Assembly: GCA_046262715.1 (NCBI GenBank)
Contig: JBHEMG010000217.1
Coordinates: forward strand, 4,878-68,877
Source: Gemmatimonadales bacterium
GTDB taxonomy: Bacteria > Gemmatimonadota > Gemmatimonadetes > Gemmatimonadales > GWC2-71-9
Direction of reading: 5' to 3'
Length of the DNA: 64,000 bases
How positions within the stretch are numbered: position 1 is the first letter of the stretch; each line of letters begins with the position of its first letter. Below the pieces are notes generated by a model. It ran no database searches, was not told the origin of the DNA, and saw only the letters and a list, made by a program, of their open reading frames with translations. Of the stretch, positions 44,667 through 54,088 are shown in pieces. Both the position numbers and the translations under genes were made by a program.

Positions 44667-45667
44667 ACATCACGTTGTGTATCGTTGCGCAGACCGAACG
44701 CCTAGACAAGTTTCTCGCCGACCAGCTCGCCCTTTCCCGCACACACGCCGCACGTCTCATCGCCGACAAACGCGTCAGCCTGGACGGGAAACCGCTGCGC
44801 GCCTCCGCGCTGCTCGAGCGCGGCGCCGAGATTACCGTGGAGTTTCCTCCCGAAGACCCGCCCCGCACGTACGCGCCCGCGCACGCCGAGCTCCAGTTCG
44901 TTTACGAGGACGAGCACCTGGCCGTACTCGACACACCGGCCGGACTCGTCGTGCATCCGGGCCCGGGACACTGGAACGACACGCTCGTGAATGTGCTGGT
45001 GGGGCGGGGCACCGACCTGTCCGGAGGATCGACCGAAGGACGGCCGGGAATCGTGCATCGCCTCGATCGTGATACCTCGGGACTGCTCGTCGTGGCAAAG
45101 ACGGATCTTGCGCACCGGCGTCTCGCCGGGGCGATCGAGCGGCGCGAAGTGAAGCGCGTCTACGCGGCGCTCGTGTGGGGACACCTGCGCAAGAGTCCCG
45201 TGGACATCGAGGCTCCGATCGCGCGCGATCCCAAGGAGCGCAAGCGCATGACGGTCGCGCAGGGGGGGCGCCATGCCACGACCCACGCCGCCGTCGTGGC
45301 GCGCTTCGCCCACGTCGATCTGCTGCGCGTCCGTCTCGGCACGGGCCGCACGCACCAGATTCGCGTGCACCTCGCGCATGTCGGGTGTCCCGTCGTGGGC
45401 GACCGCGAGTATGCATTCGGCGGCAGCCGCCGGGTCAATCCGACCTCGCGCGCGGAGGCCGAGCGGCTCGAGGCGCTCGCGCCGCGACAGCTGCTGCACG
45501 CCGCCGCGTTGTCGTTCACGCATCCCGTGAGCGGCGCGCCGATAACGCTCGTGTCGGAATGGCCCGCGGATTTGCGGCCCGCCCTTGCCGAGGCGGCGGA
45601 CGACGCCAATTTGCTTGCTCAGCTTAAACCCCTGCAGTATCTTGGCTTCTTCGCATCCGATGAATGA
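44663..45667 (+). CDS. rluD: 23S rRNA pseudouridine synthase, RluA/RluD family
   Basis: The ORF is trimmed to TTG 44663 (TTGA overlap). It has an S4-like N-terminus (RLDKFLADQL…), the catalytic motif HRLDRDTSGLLVVAK, and …GRTHQIRVHLA…. Confidence 0.88.
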   Translation: MNITLCIVAQTERLDKFLADQLALSRTHAARLIADKRVSLDGKPLRASALLERGAEITVEFPPEDPPRTYAPAHAELQFVYEDEHLAVLDTPAGLVVHPGPGHWNDTLVNVLVGRGTDLSGGSTEGRPGIVHRLDRDTSGLLVVAKTDLAHRRLAGAIERREVKRVYAALVWGHLRKSPVDIEAPIARDPKERKRMTVAQGGRHATTHAAVVARFAHVDLLRVRLGTGRTHQIRVHLAHVGCPVVGDREYAFGGSRRVNPTSRAEAERLEALAPRQLLHAAALSFTHPVSGAPITLVSEWPADLRPALAEAADDANLLAQLKPLQYLGFFASDE

Positions 45668-46172
45668 AGGAAGCCTCGTCTCCGCCCGCTTATTGCTGTT
45701 CCGCGTCGGAACACTGGCGTGTGCAGCCGAGGTGGAACAGGTGCGGGAGATTCTCCCGCGGCTCCCAACGACGCGTATCCCGGGCGCGCCCCCGGTTGTC
45801 GCGGGGCTCGTGAATGTCCGCGGCACGCTGGTGACGGTCGTGGAAGGGTGGCGCGCGCTGGGGCAGGATGCTCCTCCAGCCGGTCCCGCCGCAAGCCTCC
45901 CGAATCAAACGTCCGAGCCCGCGCCCGACGCGGTGGGAGGGTCCACGATCATCCTCGAGATCGCCTTGGTTGCGGGCGACAAGGGGCGCGTGATCGGCTT
46001 CACGGTGGATGAAGTGATGGACATGGTGTCCGGGGGCGACGCGAGCCTGGAAGACCGCGCCGAGCTGCCTGGCGTCGACGACGCGCTGGTGCGGGCCGTT
46101 GGGAGGTGCAACGGCGAGCTGTTCATCGTCTTGAACGTGGCGGCGTTGCTGGGCCCGATTCTGACAACTTAA
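45660..46172 (+). CDS. cheW: CheW-like coupling protein
   Basis: The ORF is trimmed to ATG 45660, overlapping the rluD stop by 8 nt. CheW-domain pattern: LLLFRVGTLACAAEVEQVREILP…PGAPPVVAGLVNVRGTLVTVV…FTVDEV…LFIVLNVAALL. Confidence 0.8.
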   Translation: MNEGSLVSARLLLFRVGTLACAAEVEQVREILPRLPTTRIPGAPPVVAGLVNVRGTLVTVVEGWRALGQDAPPAGPAASLPNQTSEPAPDAVGGSTIILEIALVAGDKGRVIGFTVDEVMDMVSGGDASLEDRAELPGVDDALVRAVGRCNGELFIVLNVAALLGPILTT

Positions 46173-46182
46173 GGAGCGAGCG

Positions 46183-46545
46183 GTGAGCCACACGGTTCTC
46201 GTCTGTGACGACGCCATCTTCATGCGCACGATGATCACCGATATTCTGGCGCAGGCCGGATTCGAGGTGGTCGGGGAGGCGGAAACGGGGACCCAGGCGG
46301 TGGAGAAGTACCGGCAGCTGAAGCCGGACCTGGTCACCATGGACATCGTGATGCCGGATATGGGCGGCATCGACGCCGTGCGCGAAATCGTAAAGCAGGA
46401 CCCCGACGCCAAGATCCTGATGTGCAGCGCGATGGGCCAGCAGGCGCTGGTCGTCGAAGCGATTCAGGCGGGGGCCAAAGACTTCGTCGTCAAACCTTTC
46501 CAGCCTTCCCGCGTCCTCGAAGCCGTCCAGCGCGTCCTGGGATAG
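46183..46545 (+). CDS. cheY: CheY-like single-domain response regulator
   Basis: 120 aa. AAGGAG lies 7 nt upstream of the GTG start. REC motifs are VLVCDDA, DLVTMDIVMPDMGG (phospho-Asp) and KDFVVKPF. Confidence 0.92.
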   Translation: MSHTVLVCDDAIFMRTMITDILAQAGFEVVGEAETGTQAVEKYRQLKPDLVTMDIVMPDMGGIDAVREIVKQDPDAKILMCSAMGQQALVVEAIQAGAKDFVVKPFQPSRVLEAVQRVLG

Positions 46546-46547
46546 CG

Positions 46548-48461
46548 ATGGACCTGTCGCAGTACGCTGAGCTGTTCCTGGCCGAGAGCCGCGAGCACTT
46601 GAGCGCCTGCAATCAGTTGCTGCTCGAGTGGGAACGGAATCCCGCCGCCGCCGAGCCGGTGGGCGGCATCTTCCGCGCGGTGCACACGATCAAGGGCATG
46701 GCGGCCACGATGGGGTACGGCCGCGTCGCCGATCTCGCGCACCGCATGGAAAATCTGCTCGACCAGCTGCGTCGCAGCGGCAAGGCCCCCGGCGATGAAA
46801 CGATCCAGCTGCTGTTCCGCGGCACGGACGCGCTCGAGAAGGCGGTGACCCTGGCGGTCGCGGGCCGCGAGCGCGATGCCGATCTCGCGGTGCTCGCCGA
46901 CTTCGATCGGCTCGCGCAGCAAGCGAAGCCCGCGCTGCCGTCCGCACTGGCCCGCGTCTCGCCCGAAGCCGCGGCGCCGCCCGACGCGCCTGCCCCGCCT
47001 GTCCAAGGCGCGGCCGGCGCTCATCGCGTCGTCCAGATCACGTTGCGGGCCGAAGCGCCCCTGAAGGGCGGTCGCGCGATGCTGATCGTGCGCAAAGTGC
47101 AGACGCTCGGAACCGTGCATCGCGTCCAGCCGTCGATGACCGCGTTCGAGTCCGACGATTTCGATGGGCGGTTCACGATCGAGCTGGCGAGCGCCGCCGG
47201 CGCCGCCGACATCGAGGCGGCGGTCCGCTCCGTGGGCGACGTCGAGCGCGTCGCCATAGGTGGCGACGACTATCACCTCACTCCCGCGGAGAGCGCGGGC
47301 GGCACGGCGGGCCGCAGCCGCCACATCCGCGTCGACCTGCGCCGCCTCGACACGTTGATGGACCTGATCGGCGAGCTGGTCACCGAGCGCGGCCGGCTCA
47401 ACGACGTCGCGGCGCGCTGGATCGGTCAGGATCCGGAGATCGACGAGGTCGCGATTCAGATCTCGCGGCTCTCGGCCGATCTGCAGAACGAAATCATTCA
47501 AGCGCGCATGACGCCGGTCTGGCAGGTGTTCGACCGATTCCCTCGCCTGGTGCGCGATGTGGCGCGGCAGCTCGACAAGCAGGTGGCCTTCCGCGTCGAG
47601 GGCAAAGAGATCGAGCTCGACCGTGAAATTCTCGACGCGCTCGGTGATCCGCTCGTGCATCTGCTGCGCAACGCCGTGGATCACGGGATCGAGCTGCCCG
47701 GCGACCGTAAGCGCGCCAAGAAGAATCCCGAGGGGGAAATCGTCCTCACCGCCGTGCGCGAGCGCTCCAGCGTCGCGATCAGCATCAGCGACGACGGCCG
47801 CAGCATCGATCGGGGCGCGATTCTCGAGAAAGCCAAGCGCGAAGCAATCGTCGGTCCGCACGTCGAGGCGCTCTCGGACGACCAGTTGTTGCGCGTCCTG
47901 GCCCGGCCGGGATTCTCGACGGCCGAAGCGGTCACCAGCGTGTCGGGCCGCGGCGTCGGCATCGACGTCGCGATGACCCGCATCCGCGCGCTGGGCGGCT
48001 CGGTCGAGATCCGCACCGAGCCGGGGAAGGGCACGACCTTCATTCTGCGGCTGCCCGTGACGCTCGCCATCGTGCGGGCGCTGATCGCGGCGGTCGGGCA
48101 CGAGCGCTACGCCCTGCCGCTGACGTATGTCGCGGAGACGGTGGAATTCGGTACCGTGCCGCTCACCACGATGGAGGGTCGTGACGCGATCGTGCTGCGC
48201 GAGCGCGTGGTGCCGCTCGTCGATCTGCGCAAGCTGCTCGGAACGAACGGCGGCGCCGCCGCGCCGCCGCGCCGTCCGGTGATCGTGCTGGAGATGGGCG
48301 AGCGGCGGGCCGGGATCGTCGTCGACGGCATGTTGAGCCAGCAGGAGATCGTCGTGAAGGGATTCCACGCGCCGCAGGGGATGCTGCCGGTCTTCAGCGG
48401 CGCCACGATCATGGGCGATGGTGTTCCGGCGCTGATTCTCGATGCCGCCGGCCTCGTGTAG
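46548..48461 (+). CDS. cheA: Chemotaxis histidine kinase CheA
   Basis: The ORF is trimmed to ATG 46548. It has the Hpt motif AVHTIKGMAATMG, a dimerisation region (IRVDLRRLDTLMDLIGELV), HATPase boxes (HLLRNAVDHGIE; SDDGRSID; GRGVGIDV; GKGTTF) and a C-terminal CheW-like domain. There is no receiver domain. Confidence 0.95.
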   Translation: MDLSQYAELFLAESREHLSACNQLLLEWERNPAAAEPVGGIFRAVHTIKGMAATMGYGRVADLAHRMENLLDQLRRSGKAPGDETIQLLFRGTDALEKAVTLAVAGRERDADLAVLADFDRLAQQAKPALPSALARVSPEAAAPPDAPAPPVQGAAGAHRVVQITLRAEAPLKGGRAMLIVRKVQTLGTVHRVQPSMTAFESDDFDGRFTIELASAAGAADIEAAVRSVGDVERVAIGGDDYHLTPAESAGGTAGRSRHIRVDLRRLDTLMDLIGELVTERGRLNDVAARWIGQDPEIDEVAIQISRLSADLQNEIIQARMTPVWQVFDRFPRLVRDVARQLDKQVAFRVEGKEIELDREILDALGDPLVHLLRNAVDHGIELPGDRKRAKKNPEGEIVLTAVRERSSVAISISDDGRSIDRGAILEKAKREAIVGPHVEALSDDQLLRVLARPGFSTAEAVTSVSGRGVGIDVAMTRIRALGGSVEIRTEPGKGTTFILRLPVTLAIVRALIAAVGHERYALPLTYVAETVEFGTVPLTTMEGRDAIVLRERVVPLVDLRKLLGTNGGAAAPPRRPVIVLEMGERRAGIVVDGMLSQQEIVVKGFHAPQGMLPVFSGATIMGDGVPALILDAAGLV

Positions 48462-48476
48462 AGACAGGAGCCAGGC

Positions 48477-49094
48477 ATGGAAGACGTCCGTGATCTGAAA
48501 GCGCTGCAGCTCGACGCCCTGAAGGAGGTCGCCAACATCGGGGCCGGCCACGCGGCGACGGCATTATCGCAGCTCACGCACCGCCGCATCATGATTTCCG
48601 TGCCCGAGATCAACATCGCTCGGCTCGAAGACGTGCCCGGGCTGCTCGGCGATCCGCAGGAAGTCGTCGCCGCGGTGCTGATGCACATGCTGGGGGATCT
48701 GACCGGCCGCACCCTGCTGCTGTTCCCCGAGCCAGTCGGCCGGAAGCTGTGCGACATGCTGCTCAAGCGCCCGCTCGGCACGACGACCGTGTTCGAGACG
48801 ATCGAGCAGTCCTGTCTCAAGGAGGCCGGCAACATCCTTTCCGGCGCGTACATGAACGCGCTGTCGGAATTCATGGGCATGCTCCTGCTGCCCTCGGTGC
48901 CGAGCCTCGTGGTGGACCTCTCCGCCGCCGTGCTCACGACGACGTACCTGAATTTCGGACACGACCGCGACTTCGTGTTTTGCGTCGAGACGGAATTCAG
49001 CATTGAGGCGCAGGACGGATTACGCGGGCACTTCCTGCTCCTGCCCGACTTGGCGTCCCTGAAAGCTATTTTCGACGCCATTCGGTTGACTTGA
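48477..49094 (+). CDS. cheC: CheC-family CheY-P phosphatase
   Basis: 205 aa with two CheC-type repeats: LDALKEVANIGAGHAATALSQL and EQSCLKEAGNILSGAYMNALSEF. Confidence 0.8.
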   Translation: MEDVRDLKALQLDALKEVANIGAGHAATALSQLTHRRIMISVPEINIARLEDVPGLLGDPQEVVAAVLMHMLGDLTGRTLLLFPEPVGRKLCDMLLKRPLGTTTVFETIEQSCLKEAGNILSGAYMNALSEFMGMLLLPSVPSLVVDLSAAVLTTTYLNFGHDRDFVFCVETEFSIEAQDGLRGHFLLLPDLASLKAIFDAIRLT

Positions 49095-51793
49095 CGGTAT
49101 CTGAACGTGACGTAGCCGTCTTGCGGTCCTTCGCCCGCCGGATCGATCCGTCGGACGCGGGGGCGCACAACAATCTTGGCGTTCTCTACTATCAGAAAGG
49201 CCTCGTCCCCGAGGCGATCGAGCAGTTTACGCGCGCGCTCGAGCTCGATCCGCGCATGCAGGTGGCGCAGCGCAATCTCGAAATCGCGTATCACAACACC
49301 GGCTTTTACGACCGCCGGGTCGCCGAGCTGCAGGAGCGCCTGCGCCAGGCGCCCGACGACCGCGACGCGCGCTGGGAGCTCGGCCGCACCTACGCGGTGT
49401 TGGGAGCGTTCGAGGATGCGGTCGCCGAGTTCGAGGAGCTGCTCGCCCACAGACCGAAGGACGTCGCGGGGATCATCCAGCTTGGCCTGGCCGAGAAGTC
49501 ACGCGGACGCCTCGAGGTAGCCACCGAATGGTTCCTGCGCGCCGCCGAGGAGGAGCCGGACTCGTCCGTCGTCCATTTCTATCTGGGAGAGGTTTACTAC
49601 AACCGCGGACTGAATGAGCCAGCGCTCACGGCGTTGGAGCGCTCGGTGCGCCTCAACCCCGACAACGCCAATGCGCACTACCTGATGGCCTTCGTACTCG
49701 GCGACATGGGCCGCCACCAGGATGCGCGCGCGGCGTCGAAGCGCGCGATTCAGCTGAACCCGCCGCTCGCGCGCGCGCAGACGAACCTGTCGCTGGAGCG
49801 CTATCGCGCCGAACGGCAGTCCGCCGAGAAGCGCGTGCGCGACCAGCCGAGTCCGGAGGTGGCGGAGGGAAGCGAGCTGGCCCACTTCAACCTCGGCCTC
49901 GCGTTCCGGCAGAAAGGCTATTACACCGAGGCGCTCCGGGAATACCGCGTCGCGATCGAGCGTGGCGAGGATCGGCGCCTCGTGCGTCAGGCGATGGCCG
50001 AAGTGCACCTCCTGAAGCGCGACTTTACCGACGCGCTCGAGATCTACGAGTCGCTGATTCACGACGTCCCCGATTCGCCCAAACTCTGGAACGAGCGGGG
50101 CGTCGTGCTGCATCAGGCGGGGCGCACCGGCGAGGCGCTGACCTCGTACCGGCAGGCGACGGACGTCGACCCGCGCTACGCGCTGGCGTGGAATAACGTC
50201 GGCGTGGTGCTGGCGCATCAGAGCGATACCGAAGATGCGATCGAGGCGTTTCGGAAAGCACTGCAGCTCTCGCCCGACTTCGCCGGGGCGCGACTCAACC
50301 TCGCCCTGTTGCTGGCGCACCTGCGTCGCTTCCAGCTCGCGTTGGAAGCGTATCGCCAGGTGCTCGCCGTGCAGCAGGCCTCCGCGCCCGCCTGGAACGG
50401 CGTCGGCCTGGTGCTCGTCGAGCTGAAGCGCTTTCCCGACGCGCGGAATGCGTTCGTCCGCGCGGTGGAAGCCGATCCGCAGAACGCCGGCGCGCACTAT
50501 AACCTCAGCTTCACGCTCTCCAATCTCGGCGACTACGACGGCGCACTGCGCGCCACCAAGCGCGCTTTGGAGCTCGATCCCTACTACGTGTCGCAGAAAT
50601 TCGCGCTGGCGATCGACCTGCAGTACGAAACCGTCGCCATCGGCATCGTGCCCGAAATCTCCGCCGACGTGCAGGCGGAGAATCTCGGAACGGAGTTCGC
50701 GTTCGATCAGCGGCTGCTCGACAACATCTTTCAGGAGCTCGCGCCGCCCGCGGCGGCGCCGCAGGCCACGCCCCCGGGGATCGCCAAGAAAGCCAAGGAC
50801 GATCCGCTCGCGCTGGCGCGCGACTACGTCAGCAAAGGGATGATGGATCTCGCGGTGGCCGAAGCGATGCGCGCCGTGCAGCGGGGCGCGGATCGCGGTC
50901 TCACCGCGTCGTTGCTCGGCGACATCTACGCGCGGCGCGGCCTGCATGGCGAGGCACTGGAGCGCTATCGCGAGGCGCGCACCCTCGACGGCACCAACGC
51001 GGCGGCCGCGCTGGGGGAGCTCAAGAGCCTGCTTGCGGTGGGCCGCGCCGCCGAAGCACTTCCCCTCGCGGAGGCCCTCGTCGCGACGGCACCCGACGAC
51101 GTGGAGGTGCTGGTCGCGATCGCCAAAGCACGCTCGGCGGTGGGCGACGCCGCGGGGGCGCTCACCGGACTGCGCCAGGCGCAGACGCGCGCGCCGGCCC
51201 GCGCCGATCTGCACAAACTCCAGGGCGACATCGCGCTGAAGGTGGGCGACCGCCAGGGAGCGCGGCAGGCGTACCGGTCGGCGCTCGATCTCGATCAGGG
51301 CTTTGTACAAGTGTGGCTCGATCTCGGACGACTGCACGAGCAGGACGAGGAATGGCCGCAGGCGCGCGCGGCGTACGAGGCGGCGCTCGAGTCACTGCCG
51401 ACCTTCCACGAGGCCTCGCTCGCCTTGGCCGACCTGCTGCGCCGGTCAGGCAGTGTGCGTGCCGCGATCGTCCGGCTCGCCGAAATGCTGGAGCAAGATC
51501 CCTACGACATGGACGCGCTGCTCCTGCTCGGCCGCGCGCTGCTCGATGACAAGCATGATGCCGAGGCGCTGGAAGCGTTCCGCCGGGCTTTGAAATTTGA
51601 TCCCGAGCACACCGCGGCCCTGTTCTACGTCGGCGCGACGCTCGCGCGGCTGCAGCGCTATACCGAAGCCGTCGCGGCGTGGGACCGCGTGACGCGCATC
51701 GATCCCGCCGGCCCGTTCGCCCAGCGCGCGCGCATGCACGCGCGCACGGCGGTCGACCTGCAGCACATTTTCTCCACCTCGGACGCGGCGTAG
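49091..51793 (+). CDS. Large tetratricopeptide-repeat protein (900 aa)
   Basis: The TTG start overlaps the cheC stop (TTGA). TPR consensus recurs throughout (…AHNNLGVLYYQKGLVPEAIEQFTRALELDP…, …AWNNVGVVLAHQSDTEDAIEAFRKALQLSP…). No other domain is seen. Confidence 0.85.
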   Translation: MTVSERDVAVLRSFARRIDPSDAGAHNNLGVLYYQKGLVPEAIEQFTRALELDPRMQVAQRNLEIAYHNTGFYDRRVAELQERLRQAPDDRDARWELGRTYAVLGAFEDAVAEFEELLAHRPKDVAGIIQLGLAEKSRGRLEVATEWFLRAAEEEPDSSVVHFYLGEVYYNRGLNEPALTALERSVRLNPDNANAHYLMAFVLGDMGRHQDARAASKRAIQLNPPLARAQTNLSLERYRAERQSAEKRVRDQPSPEVAEGSELAHFNLGLAFRQKGYYTEALREYRVAIERGEDRRLVRQAMAEVHLLKRDFTDALEIYESLIHDVPDSPKLWNERGVVLHQAGRTGEALTSYRQATDVDPRYALAWNNVGVVLAHQSDTEDAIEAFRKALQLSPDFAGARLNLALLLAHLRRFQLALEAYRQVLAVQQASAPAWNGVGLVLVELKRFPDARNAFVRAVEADPQNAGAHYNLSFTLSNLGDYDGALRATKRALELDPYYVSQKFALAIDLQYETVAIGIVPEISADVQAENLGTEFAFDQRLLDNIFQELAPPAAAPQATPPGIAKKAKDDPLALARDYVSKGMMDLAVAEAMRAVQRGADRGLTASLLGDIYARRGLHGEALERYREARTLDGTNAAAALGELKSLLAVGRAAEALPLAEALVATAPDDVEVLVAIAKARSAVGDAAGALTGLRQAQTRAPARADLHKLQGDIALKVGDRQGARQAYRSALDLDQGFVQVWLDLGRLHEQDEEWPQARAAYEAALESLPTFHEASLALADLLRRSGSVRAAIVRLAEMLEQDPYDMDALLLLGRALLDDKHDAEALEAFRRALKFDPEHTAALFYVGATLARLQRYTEAVAAWDRVTRIDPAGPFAQRARMHARTAVDLQHIFSTSDAA

Positions 51794-51796
51794 GCT

Positions 51797-52939
51797 ATGG
51801 CGATCGAAGGACCGCTACGCGAGCTCGGCATCCACGACGTCTTCCAGCTGCTCGACTTGAGCCGCAAGACGGGCGCGCTGCGCGTGACCTCCGAGCTGCG
51901 CCATAACGAGGGCAAGATCTACTTCGATAACGGCGTTGTCATCTCCGCCGAGATCCGCAGCAACCCGCACCCGCTGGGCGCGCTCTTGCTGCGCACGGGG
52001 AAAATCACGGAATCCGATCTCGAGCGCGCGCGAGACATGCAGCAGCGTCAGGGCGACAAGCGCCGGCTCGGCGAAATCTTCGTCGCGCTCGGCGTCATCA
52101 CGCCGCGCGAGGTGGAGCGTCAGATCCGCTTCCAGATCGAGGAAGTGGTGTTCGAGGTGATGAGCTGGAATGAGGGGTACTTCTCGTTCGCCGAGGACTC
52201 CGAAGCCAAAGTGCCGACGGAAGTGACCGTCCGCATTCCGGTCGAGGCGCTGCTTATGGAAGGCGCGCGGCGCATCGACGAATGGTCACGTATCGAGAAC
52301 CGTATTCCGCATGTGGGCGTCGTGCCGTCGCTCGCTCCGCCGCCGCCAGAGGGCGTGGGCGGTGAGCTGGATTTGCTGCCGCCGGAATGGGAGGTGCTGG
52401 CGCTCATCGATGGCCAGCGTTCCGTCCGCGGCTTGGCGACTGAGCTGGGGCGCTCGGATTTCGAAGTGGCCAAGACGCTGTTCGGCCTCGAGAGCGCGGC
52501 GGTCATCGTGCTCGTCGATCCCGGAACGAGCAAGCGCGGCGGTGCGAGCACCGCCGTCGATCTCACCGAGCTGGTGGCGAAGGCCGAGCGCGCGCTGCAG
52601 GACAAGGATCTCGACGCCGCGCGCGCGGCCGCGGAGCAGGCGGGCAGCATGCAGCCGCATGACGCGACGGTCCACCTCCTGCTTGGGCGCATCCATCTGG
52701 CGCAGGGCCACGGCTCTGCCGCCGCGGAGGAGCTGCGGCGCGCGCTGCGACTCGACCCGCTGCTGGCCGCGGCGCATCGCCAGCTCGGGTACGCGCTCGT
52801 GTCGATGGGGCGCTTCGGCGAGGCGGTGCAGAGCTGGGATCACTGGGAACGGCTTGCCGCCCGCAGCCCCGAGGAAGAGGCGCAGCGCGAGGACGTGCAA
52901 CGGGCGCGCGAGGCCGCGAGAGTGTTCAGCCATGGCTGA
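51797..52939 (+). CDS. PATAN/DUF4388 domain protein with C-terminal TPRs
   Basis: 380 aa. The N-terminal signature GPLRELGIHDVFQLLDLSRKTGALRV…GKIYFDNGVVISA… is followed by …WNEGYFSFAED. There is a helical insertion with two RLGxxL…Q motifs and a C-terminal TPR (…VHLLLGRIHLAQGHGSAAAEELRRALRLDP…). Confidence 0.8.
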   Translation: MAIEGPLRELGIHDVFQLLDLSRKTGALRVTSELRHNEGKIYFDNGVVISAEIRSNPHPLGALLLRTGKITESDLERARDMQQRQGDKRRLGEIFVALGVITPREVERQIRFQIEEVVFEVMSWNEGYFSFAEDSEAKVPTEVTVRIPVEALLMEGARRIDEWSRIENRIPHVGVVPSLAPPPPEGVGGELDLLPPEWEVLALIDGQRSVRGLATELGRSDFEVAKTLFGLESAAVIVLVDPGTSKRGGASTAVDLTELVAKAERALQDKDLDAARAAAEQAGSMQPHDATVHLLLGRIHLAQGHGSAAAEELRRALRLDPLLAAAHRQLGYALVSMGRFGEAVQSWDHWERLAARSPEEEAQREDVQRAREAARVFSHG

Positions 52940-53744
52940 TGACATTCGCGCCCTCTCCGCTCAGCTCGCCCAGGATCCGCAGAGTCTCGTCTTCCTGCGG
53001 CTCGGCGAAGCGCTGCGGCGCAAAGGCCAGCTCGACGCCGCGTTCCGCGTCGCCATGAACGGTCTGGAGCGTCACCCACACCTCGCCGACGCGCATGACC
53101 TCTACGCCCGCGTGCTGACGGACAAGCACGATTACCAACGGGCGTTTGACGAATGGGATATGGCCGTGCGCATCGCGCCACATCACACGGGCGCGCTCAA
53201 GGGACTCGCCTTCCTCTATTTTAAGGTCGGTGACCTGGCCCAGGCGGAGGCGCATCTCGAAACCGCGCGGAAGGTCGAGCCGGACGATCCGAGCATTGAT
53301 CAGGCGATCGCCATGATGCGGGGTGGGGTCAGTCCGCCGTCACCGACAGCGACTGCGGAGACCCCGATCGCGTCACCGCTCGACGAATCCCGAGTCTTCG
53401 CCGGCCTCGAAGGCGCGAACGAAGGACTGCTGCTCATCGATGGCGCCGGCCGGGTGCTGGGTGGCGCGCTGCGAGACAAGGGCGGCGCCGATGTGACCGA
53501 TGCCGTCGCGGCGTACCTCGCCGGCGTATCGCAGGAAGCGGCCCGTACGGCGAAGCTATTGGGACTTGGTGCCTGGATCGGGCTTTCCGCGGAGGGCCAG
53601 CACGGCAACGTGCACCTCTCGCATCCCACGCCCGAGGCATTGCTGCTCGTCGTCCGCGAGCGTGGGATGCCGCTGGGCCGGCTCGCAATTCTTGCGCAGC
53701 GCGCCACGGCGATGGCGCGCCGGTGGTTGGAGAAACAGGGATGA
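52932..53744 (+). CDS. TPR + Roadblock/LC7 (MglB-like) fusion protein
   Basis: The ORF is trimmed to ATG 52932, an 8-nt overlap. The N-terminal TPRs are …FLRLGEALRRKGQLDAAFRVAMNGLERHP…. The C-terminal ~115 aa have a Roadblock-like pattern (GLLLIDGAGRVLGG…VAAYLAGVSQEAARTAKLLGLG…LLLVVRERGMPLGRLAILAQRA). Confidence 0.7.
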   Translation: MADDIRALSAQLAQDPQSLVFLRLGEALRRKGQLDAAFRVAMNGLERHPHLADAHDLYARVLTDKHDYQRAFDEWDMAVRIAPHHTGALKGLAFLYFKVGDLAQAEAHLETARKVEPDDPSIDQAIAMMRGGVSPPSPTATAETPIASPLDESRVFAGLEGANEGLLLIDGAGRVLGGALRDKGGADVTDAVAAYLAGVSQEAARTAKLLGLGAWIGLSAEGQHGNVHLSHPTPEALLLVVRERGMPLGRLAILAQRATAMARRWLEKQG

Positions 53745-54088
53745 ACGCCACCCTCGATCTGATCACGCGCGTGCGCGGGGTCCGCGGCGCGATGCTCGTG
53801 TCGTTAGAGGACGGGCTCGTAGTCGCAGAGCAGCTGATGGAGGGCATCAAGGGCGGGGCGGTGGCGGCACTCGCTGCGAGCCTCGCCGGCCGCCTGCGCC
53901 GGGCCATGGAAGCGGCCGGCACCGGCACGAGCGTGTTCTGGCATCTGCAGGCCGAACAGGGCGCGTTGCTGGTCGTTCCCACCGGCGATGCGAGCACCGG
54001 CATGATCGTCGTGGCGGTCGCCGAGCCCGATGTGAACATCGGACTGGTGCGACTGGAGCTGTTGCGTACCGCCGGGAGTGTGGGATGA
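53741..54088 (+). CDS. Roadblock/LC7 domain protein (MglB-like)
   Basis: The ORF is trimmed to ATG 53741 (ATGA overlap), giving 115 aa. GVRGAMLVSLEDGLVVAE…AALAASLAGRL…ALLVVPTG…IVVAVAEPDVNIGLVRLELLR resembles M. xanthus MglB (…SLGLVRLRIKK…) as I recall it. Confidence 0.75.
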   Translation: MNATLDLITRVRGVRGAMLVSLEDGLVVAEQLMEGIKGGAVAALAASLAGRLRRAMEAAGTGTSVFWHLQAEQGALLVVPTGDASTGMIVVAVAEPDVNIGLVRLELLRTAGSVG

